Assembly: GCA_039028615.1 (NCBI GenBank)
Contig: JBCCHT010000007.1
Coordinates: 64,001 to 128,000, forward strand
Source of the DNA: Myxococcota bacterium
GTDB lineage: Bacteria > Myxococcota_A > Polyangia > Nannocystales > Nannocystaceae
Direction of reading: 5' to 3'
Length of the DNA stretch: 64,000 nucleotides
Below, piece after piece: positions 57,080-64,000 of the stretch; positions within the stretch are counted from its first letter, which is position 1, and the number at the start of each line of letters is the position of its first letter. The notes beneath the pieces were generated by a model, which saw nothing but the letters and a program-made list of their open reading frames with translations, made no database searches and was not told where the DNA came from. Made by a program: the position numbers and the translations under genes.

Positions 57080-57691
57080 CTACTCGGGCAGCGCGCCCTG
57101 GCCTTCGCGCAGGACCTCGATCTGATCGTCGACCAGCTTGAGCACGGTGGAGGGCTCGGGCCACAGCGGGCCGCCGTCCACGACCACCTGCACGTCGCGC
57201 CCGTGCCGATGATCGTAGAGCTCGGCCTCCTCCAGCTCGAACTCGGCATCGGCCGACGTGACCGAGCCGGTGAGCAGCGGCTCGCCGAGCAAGTCCACCA
57301 ACATCCGACACACGGGATGGTCGGGCACGCGCATGCCGACCTCGTGCCACCGGTTCTTCATCTGGCGCGGCACGTCGTTGGTGGCCGAGAGCACCATCGT
57401 GTAGGGCCCGGGTAGCAGCCGTCGCACCACTCGAAACACCCGGTTGCCCATGTGCCCGTAACGCCCGATGTCCGCGATGTCGTTGACGAGCATCGTCAGC
57501 GGCTTGTGGTGCTTTTCCGGGTAGCCCTTGAGCTTGCGGATCTTGGCGATGCCCTTGAGACTCGACAGCGCGCAGCCGAACGCGTAGCCGGTGTCGGTGG
57601 GATAGATGATGACCCCTCCCTTGCGCATGGCGTCGATCGCCGGCTGGAGGTTCCGCGGCGCGGGCCGCTCTATGTCGACTCGGACGAGCAT
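57080..57691 (-). CDS. Sua5/YciO/YrdC family protein
   Basis: IIYPTDTGYAFGC, LLPGPYT, VGMRVPDHP, VDGG....PSTV. Confidence 0.92.
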   Translation of the reverse strand: MLVRVDIERPAPRNLQPAIDAMRKGGVIIYPTDTGYAFGCALSSLKGIAKIRKLKGYPEKHHKPLTMLVNDIADIGRYGHMGNRVFRVVRRLLPGPYTMVLSATNDVPRQMKNRWHEVGMRVPDHPVCRMLVDLLGEPLLTGSVTSADAEFELEEAELYDHRHGRDVQVVVDGGPLWPEPSTVLKLVDDQIEVLREGQGALPE

Positions 57692-57880
57692 CGATGAAGG
57701 CGGGGTTATCCCTCAGCCTCGTCGCCCTGACCACCACGGCACTCGCCCCGATTCGCGCCAAAACTGGCGCCAGGGGCGAGAATCCGCACGCTTGGCCCCA
57801 GGGAGCCGGCACCGGAGATAGCCTCAAACCCAGACAACCGATCGGTAGACAAAAACTGGCTAAGCGGTAGAATGCGAGCC

Positions 57881-59065
<1,185 letters not shown>

Positions 59066-59084
59066 TCGAAGGGGAAGATGCACG

Positions 59085-60221
59085 ATGGATTTTGAGCTGA
59101 CCTCCGAACAAAAGATGCTGACCCAGACGGTCGCATCCTTCGTCAAAAAGAGTTCGCCCGTAGAGCGCTTCCGTAAGCTCCGCGCCGACCAGCGCCCCTT
59201 CGACCCCGAGGTCTGGGCCCACATGGGCGAGCTGGGCTGGCTATCGGTGCCCTTCTCCGAGGAGGCGGGGGGCTTCGGCGGCGGGCTGGTCGAAGTGGCG
59301 ATCGTCCTCGAAGGCCTGGGCAAGGCGCTCGCGCCCGAGCCCTACCTCGCTTCGGTGGTGCTCGGCGGCCTGGCCTTGGCCCGGGCCGGCAACGAGGCCC
59401 AACACGAACAGTGGCTGGCCCCGATGATCGAGGGCGAGACCACCTTGGCCCTCGCGTGGGCCGAGCGACGCGGCCGCTACGACGCGAGCCAGCCCGAGAC
59501 CACCGCCACGCCCAAGGGCTCCTCGTGGACCCTCAGCGGCGAGAAGGTGTTCGTGCTGGGCGGCTTCCAGGCCAACCAGCTCGTGGTGTCCGCCCGCACT
59601 CCCGATGGCGTGGGTCTGTTCGTGGTCGACCCCGAGGGGCCGGGCGTCGATCGTCAGCCGATTCGAACCATCGACGGGCACGGGGCAGCTCGCCTCCGCC
59701 TCGACGGTGCCGAGGTCGGCGACGAGCACCGCCTGGGCTCCGTCGGCGACGAGGCCAGCGCGGTCCTCGAGCGCGTGCTCGACATGGGCACCGCGGCCGC
59801 CTGCGCCGAGGGCTTGGGCGTCGCTCGGGCCATGCTCGACATGACCGTCGCCCACCTCAAAGAGCGTGAGCAGTTCGGGGTGCCCATCGGGAGCTTCCAG
59901 GTGCTCCAGCACCGTGCCGTCGACATGTTCGTCGAGGTCGAGCTGCTCCAGTCGATGTCGATCCTCGCCTCGCTGCGCGGCGACGACCCGGACGCCGAGC
60001 AGCGGCGGCATGCAATCAGCGCAGCCAAGGCCAAGCTGGCCACCGGGGGGCGCTTCATCTCGCAGCAGGCCATTCAGCTGCACGGCGGCATCGGCATCAC
60101 CGACGAGCACGACATCGGGCTCTACTTCAAGCGCATGCTCGCCCTGAACACGATGCTCGGGGACGAGCAGCACCACGTCGAGCGCTTCACCGCGCAGCCC
60201 AGCTTCGACCACGGCGGCTGA
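59085..60221 (+). CDS. Acyl-CoA dehydrogenase (PimD-like small subunit)
   Basis: REQFGVPIGSFQVLQHR, IQLHGGIGITDE. Confidence 0.92.
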   Translation: MDFELTSEQKMLTQTVASFVKKSSPVERFRKLRADQRPFDPEVWAHMGELGWLSVPFSEEAGGFGGGLVEVAIVLEGLGKALAPEPYLASVVLGGLALARAGNEAQHEQWLAPMIEGETTLALAWAERRGRYDASQPETTATPKGSSWTLSGEKVFVLGGFQANQLVVSARTPDGVGLFVVDPEGPGVDRQPIRTIDGHGAARLRLDGAEVGDEHRLGSVGDEASAVLERVLDMGTAAACAEGLGVARAMLDMTVAHLKEREQFGVPIGSFQVLQHRAVDMFVEVELLQSMSILASLRGDDPDAEQRRHAISAAKAKLATGGRFISQQAIQLHGGIGITDEHDIGLYFKRMLALNTMLGDEQHHVERFTAQPSFDHGG

Positions 60222-60305
60222 CCGAGCCCGCCCGTAGCCGCGCCGAAGTGCCGTCCCGACATCGGGCGCGGCATTTCGGCGCGCGAGCGTCTACCATGGG
60301 TTGGG

Positions 60306-61400
60306 ATGACCCTGTGGCCCCTCATCACCGCGCTGGCCGTTTCGTTCCCCACGCCGCTGGAGTCCGCGCTGGCCTCGGCCGTGCGCAGCCCGGCGCAGCC
60401 GGCCGACGCCGCAGCCACGCCTGCGCCGGCCGCCGAGGACGAGCCCGCCGGGCCACCGCCGGGCCCCCTGCTCGAAGAACCGCCGGGGCCCGACGACGGG
60501 ATGACACCGAGTGACGAGGCCGCGGCCAGGGCGGAGGCGCCCCCGACGAAGAAGGTCGAGATCACCGCGCCTCGCCCCGAGTTGGGTGTCCCCGAGCCGC
60601 CCCCGCCCGTGCATCCGCTCTCGGTCCGCTGGGGCATCACCGCTCCGATGATCGCCACCACCGGCCTCGCCTTCGTCCTCATGGAAGGTCTAGGTGCGGC
60701 CGGGCCCGCCCCCGACGCGTGCACCCCGGTCGAGGCGGGCATCTGTCCTCAGCTCGGCGCGCTCGAGCCCATCGATTCCATCGCGCTGGGTCACTACAAC
60801 GACGCGGCCGCCACCGCCTCCGACGTGATGGTGGCGCTGTCGATGGCCGGCCCGCTCGCGGCGAGCCTCGCCGACTCCATCCTCTGGGCCCGCCGCGATC
60901 GCGAGCGCGGCCAAGCGAACTACCGCAAGCGGGGTGCGGCGCGCTTCGGCATCGACACCGCGATCTGGGCCGAGTCGATCGGCGTGGCCATGTTCACCAC
61001 CAACGTGCTCAAGGAGGCGGTGGGTCGCACGCGGCCGCTGACTCACCTGGGCGGGCCCGAGCTGGTCGCCAACGGGGTGGAGCCCGATGGTGACTTCGGC
61101 CGCTCGTTCCCCTCGGGGCACTCGGGGCTCGCGTTCTCGTCCGCGGTGGCGGGCGCGATGCTGCTGACCCTACGGCAGTGCGAGCCCCAGCCCGGTCGGC
61201 GCTGCGCCCCGCGGACCCGTCGCCAGCGCGTCGCCCTGGGCCTGATGTGGGGCTTGGGCCTCGCCGCCGCATCGACGACGGCCACCCTGCGCGTGGTCGC
61301 GGGCAAGCACTACCCCACCGACGTGCTCATGGGTGCGGCGATCGGCACGACCAGCGGGATCGTGATCCCGCTGCTGCACGACCGCCGCCGTCGCCACTGA
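60306..61400 (+). CDS. PAP2 family phosphatase
   Basis: K..VGR.RP, SFPSGH, R..AGKHYPTDV. Confidence 0.9.
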   Translation: MTLWPLITALAVSFPTPLESALASAVRSPAQPADAAATPAPAAEDEPAGPPPGPLLEEPPGPDDGMTPSDEAAARAEAPPTKKVEITAPRPELGVPEPPPPVHPLSVRWGITAPMIATTGLAFVLMEGLGAAGPAPDACTPVEAGICPQLGALEPIDSIALGHYNDAAATASDVMVALSMAGPLAASLADSILWARRDRERGQANYRKRGAARFGIDTAIWAESIGVAMFTTNVLKEAVGRTRPLTHLGGPELVANGVEPDGDFGRSFPSGHSGLAFSSAVAGAMLLTLRQCEPQPGRRCAPRTRRQRVALGLMWGLGLAAASTTATLRVVAGKHYPTDVLMGAAIGTTSGIVIPLLHDRRRRH

Positions 61401-61407
61401 CCGGCCG

Positions 61408-64000
61408 CTACCAGCGGACCTTGGTCTTGATCTTGTGGTCCTGCTCGCTGGCGGGGAACTTCGTCGATTGCACGATCCGCAGCGCGCAGTCGCCCACCGG
61501 ACCCGAAGGCTTGACCTTGGGCACCAGCGCATTGCCGCCGTCTTTGACCACGAGCGTGTCGATGTCGATGGGGCCGGGCCCCAACGCCTTGCACTTGCGC
61601 TTGATCCGGCTCTTCATGGCCCCGAGCGCCTGCTCGAAGGTCATGGGTGCCTTCTTGGGCGCCACCTTCTTGGGCGCCTTGGGCTCGGGCGGCTCGAAGT
61701 CGGGCTCCTCTTCCGGCTCGGGCTCCGGCTCGGGTTCCGGCTCCGGCTCCGGCTCGTCGGGCACGTCTTGGGCCTTGGCGGTCCGGGTGACCTTGGACAG
61801 CTCGTCCTCGGGTTCTTCGTTGCCGCCGACGATGAGCCAGCCGATCCCCGCACCGCCCAAGATCACGGCGACGCCGATGCCCAAGATCAGCAAGGGTCGT
61901 CGCTTGGGCTCGTCCTGCTCGTCCCACTCGACGCGCTCGTTGGACATCGAGGGCGGCTCGACGCGCACGGGCGCCGCGGACGACATGGCCGGGTTGGACC
62001 CCGACGGCATGCTGTCCTCTCGAGGAGGCATGCCTGGACCCACGCCGGCCGGGCGCGGCATCCCGGGGCCCGCACCGATCGGCGGAATCCCACCGCCCGG
62101 AGAGGGCGCGACGCCACCCGCTCCACGCGGGGGCATGCCAGGACCGACGCCACGACGAATGCCATCGCTCGCGGGCGACGGCGAACCACCGGGCGGGGGC
62201 ATGCCGGGTCCCGCTCCGATCGGCGGCATTCCGGGTCCTGCTCCGATCGGCGGTAGTCCAGCACCGCCACCGCCACCGCCGAGCGGCGGCAGACCGCCTC
62301 CGCCTCCACCCGCATTGCCGGGCGCGTCGGGCTTCGGCATTCCGGGTCCGGCCCCGATCGGCGGAAGTCCACCACCTCCACCACCGAGCGGCGGCAGACC
62401 ACCGGGACCACCACTGAGCGGAGGCAAGCCGGGACCTGCTCCACCGCCGCCACCGGGTCCGCGGGGAGGCATCCCCGGGCCAGCGCCGATCGGCGGCAAC
62501 CCGCCGCCGCCGCTACCGGGCGCGGGCATCCCCGGGCCTACGCCGATCGGTGGCAACCCGCCACCGCTACCCGCGGGATCGGGCGGGCCGAGCGGGGGCA
62601 TGCCGGGACCGGCACCGAGGCTGGGCGGCGCACCGCCGCCTCCTCCGAGGGGAGGCAACCCGGGGCCATCGCCGGACAGCGGCGGCAAACCGGGTCCCGC
62701 TGCGGGCGGGCCCAAGCCTGGCGGCTCACCCAATGCGGGCGGGGGCGCACCCAGACCTCCCGGATCGGCGCCCAGCGGAGCTGGCATCCCGGGAGGCTCG
62801 GCTCCACCGCCGGGTCCCAGCGACCCGAGGTCGGGGATCGAGCCGGGAAACATCGTGGGCGCAGCAACGGCACTGCCGGGGGTAACCAAGGCCGGCATCG
62901 AGGGCCCGTGACCTGGGCCCGCTGCGGGCGGGGCAGCCATCGCGGGCGGAGCCATCGCGGGCGGAGCCATCGTAGGTGGAGCCGCGGCGGGCGGAGCTGC
63001 ACCCGGAGTTCCTCCGACGCCCGCCCCGAGGCCCATGCGAAGGCTCGGTCGTGAAGCGAGGAAGGAGGACGCGGGTCCCCCCGCCGCCGGAGCAGCCGCC
63101 GGAGCGGCAGCCGGGGGCGCCATCGCGGGCGACGGAGCCATCGCAGGCGACGGGGCCATCGCAGGAGGCGCGGCCGAACCCGGGGGCATCGAGCCTCCGA
63201 GGGTGCCGCTGACCACCGACGGCGGACCTCCGCCGGCCGGCGGCGCGTCACCGATAGACCCGGCCACGATGACCGAGGGGCCCTTGGCCGGCGGCGCGCC
63301 CGTGGGCGCGGGCTGTCCCCCCGTGGTCATCTTGGCGTAGCGCGGCCGACCTCCGGGAGCCGCCGCGGGGGCGGGTCCAGGCGCGGCAGCCCCTGGGGCA
63401 GCCGCTGCCCCGGCGCCTGCACTCGACAGCGCACGCTCGAGCTCGACCGCCGACCCGAAGCGCTGGTCGGGCGTCTTGCCCAGGCACCGCATGATGATCT
63501 GCTCCACGGCCTCCGGGATGCTGGGCTCCAGGCTCCGCGGCGGCGGCACGGGCTTTTGCGCGTGCATGGAGATCGCCTTGAAGGCGTTGGGATGGGAAAA
63601 CGGCACCTGCCCCGTCAGGAAGCGGTACAGCACCACGCCCAGCGAGTAGAGGTCCGACTGCGGCGTCACCTGGCCGCCCATCCCTTGCTCGGGCGCCATG
63701 TACTCGGGGTCGCCGAACAGCGTGGTGGTGGTGGAATCGGGAGAAGCCTGGCTTGCCTCGACCCCGACCTGCACCAGGCCAAAGTCCGCCACCTTGACCA
63801 GCGGCTGGCGTTTGCCTCGCGGGTCCAGGAACAAGAAAATATTGGCGGGCTTGATCGCGCGATGGATCACTCCCACCTGGTGGCCGGCCGCGATGGCAGC
63901 CGCGAGCTGCAACGCGATGGGCTGGACACGAGCCCACGGCCACTTGCCCTCTCGGGCGAGGATGGCGTGCAGGGTGTCGCCCACCGCCAGCTCGACGGCG
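61408..64000 (-). CDS. Ser/Thr pseudokinase-like protein with very long Pro/Gly repeat linker, TM and small periplasmic domain (5' truncated)
   Basis: HRAIKPAN (catalytic D replaced by A), DFG, GDPEYMAPE; frame is open to the window end. Confidence 0.88.
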   Translation of the reverse strand, partial: AVELAVGDTLHAILAREGKWPWARVQPIALQLAAAIAAGHQVGVIHRAIKPANIFLFLDPRGKRQPLVKVADFGLVQVGVEASQASPDSTTTTLFGDPEYMAPEQGMGGQVTPQSDLYSLGVVLYRFLTGQVPFSHPNAFKAISMHAQKPVPPPRSLEPSIPEAVEQIIMRCLGKTPDQRFGSAVELERALSSAGAGAAAAPGAAAPGPAPAAAPGGRPRYAKMTTGGQPAPTGAPPAKGPSVIVAGSIGDAPPAGGGPPSVVSGTLGGSMPPGSAAPPAMAPSPAMAPSPAMAPPAAAPAAAPAAGGPASSFLASRPSLRMGLGAGVGGTPGAAPPAAAPPTMAPPAMAPPAMAAPPAAGPGHGPSMPALVTPGSAVAAPTMFPGSIPDLGSLGPGGGAEPPGMPAPLGADPGGLGAPPPALGEPPGLGPPAAGPGLPPLSGDGPGLPPLGGGGGAPPSLGAGPGMPPLGPPDPAGSGGGLPPIGVGPGMPAPGSGGGGLPPIGAGPGMPPRGPGGGGGAGPGLPPLSGGPGGLPPLGGGGGGLPPIGAGPGMPKPDAPGNAGGGGGGLPPLGGGGGGAGLPPIGAGPGMPPIGAGPGMPPPGGSPSPASDGIRRGVGPGMPPRGAGGVAPSPGGGIPPIGAGPGMPRPAGVGPGMPPREDSMPSGSNPAMSSAAPVRVEPPSMSNERVEWDEQDEPKRRPLLILGIGVAVILGGAGIGWLIVGGNEEPEDELSKVTRTAKAQDVPDEPEPEPEPEPEPEPEEEPDFEPPEPKAPKKVAPKKAPMTFEQALGAMKSRIKRKCKALGPGPIDIDTLVVKDGGNALVPKVKPSGPVGDCALRIVQSTKFPASEQDHKIKTKVRW
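62020..62760 (-). repeat. Degenerate Pro/Gly peptide repeats (GGLPP[I/L]GAGPG[M/L]P)
   Basis: About 10-15 imperfect copies in the translation. Confidence 0.85.

Overview
Very GC-rich bacterial chromosomal DNA. The gene content points to Myxococcota, probably Nannocystaceae-like (inference): 8 Hanks-type Ser/Thr kinases or kinase remnants, Cys-rich lipoproteins, a vWA lipoprotein, TSP3-OmpA proteins and an ECF-kinase pair. There are about 45 CDS. I found no tRNA, rRNA, CRISPR array, integrase or transposase. Most genes are signalling or envelope genes, with some lipid metabolism (fabV, an acyl-CoA dehydrogenase pair, a P450, a PAP2). Strongest candidates for undescribed biology: (1) a translationally coupled SIR2-type NADase + stand-alone PtuA/AriA-like ABC ATPase pair (42797-45531), a candidate anti-phage system; (2) an unannotated sigma54-promoter-driven ~210-nt RNA with two covarying tandem hairpins carrying UUUGGGGG loops, between convergent OmpA paralogues (29840-30076); (3) two lipoproteins with FrpC-type self-processing-module homologues in which the Asp-Pro is replaced by Thr-Pro, bracketing a Zn-phospholipase-C-like secreted protein and its Cys-rich lipoproteins (48034-54813); (4) a cyclase / kinase / LysM-FecR-barrel / OmpA trans-envelope operon (22832-29648). 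All family calls are by eye from motifs; no database search was run. Several start codons were moved downstream of the ORF-track starts.
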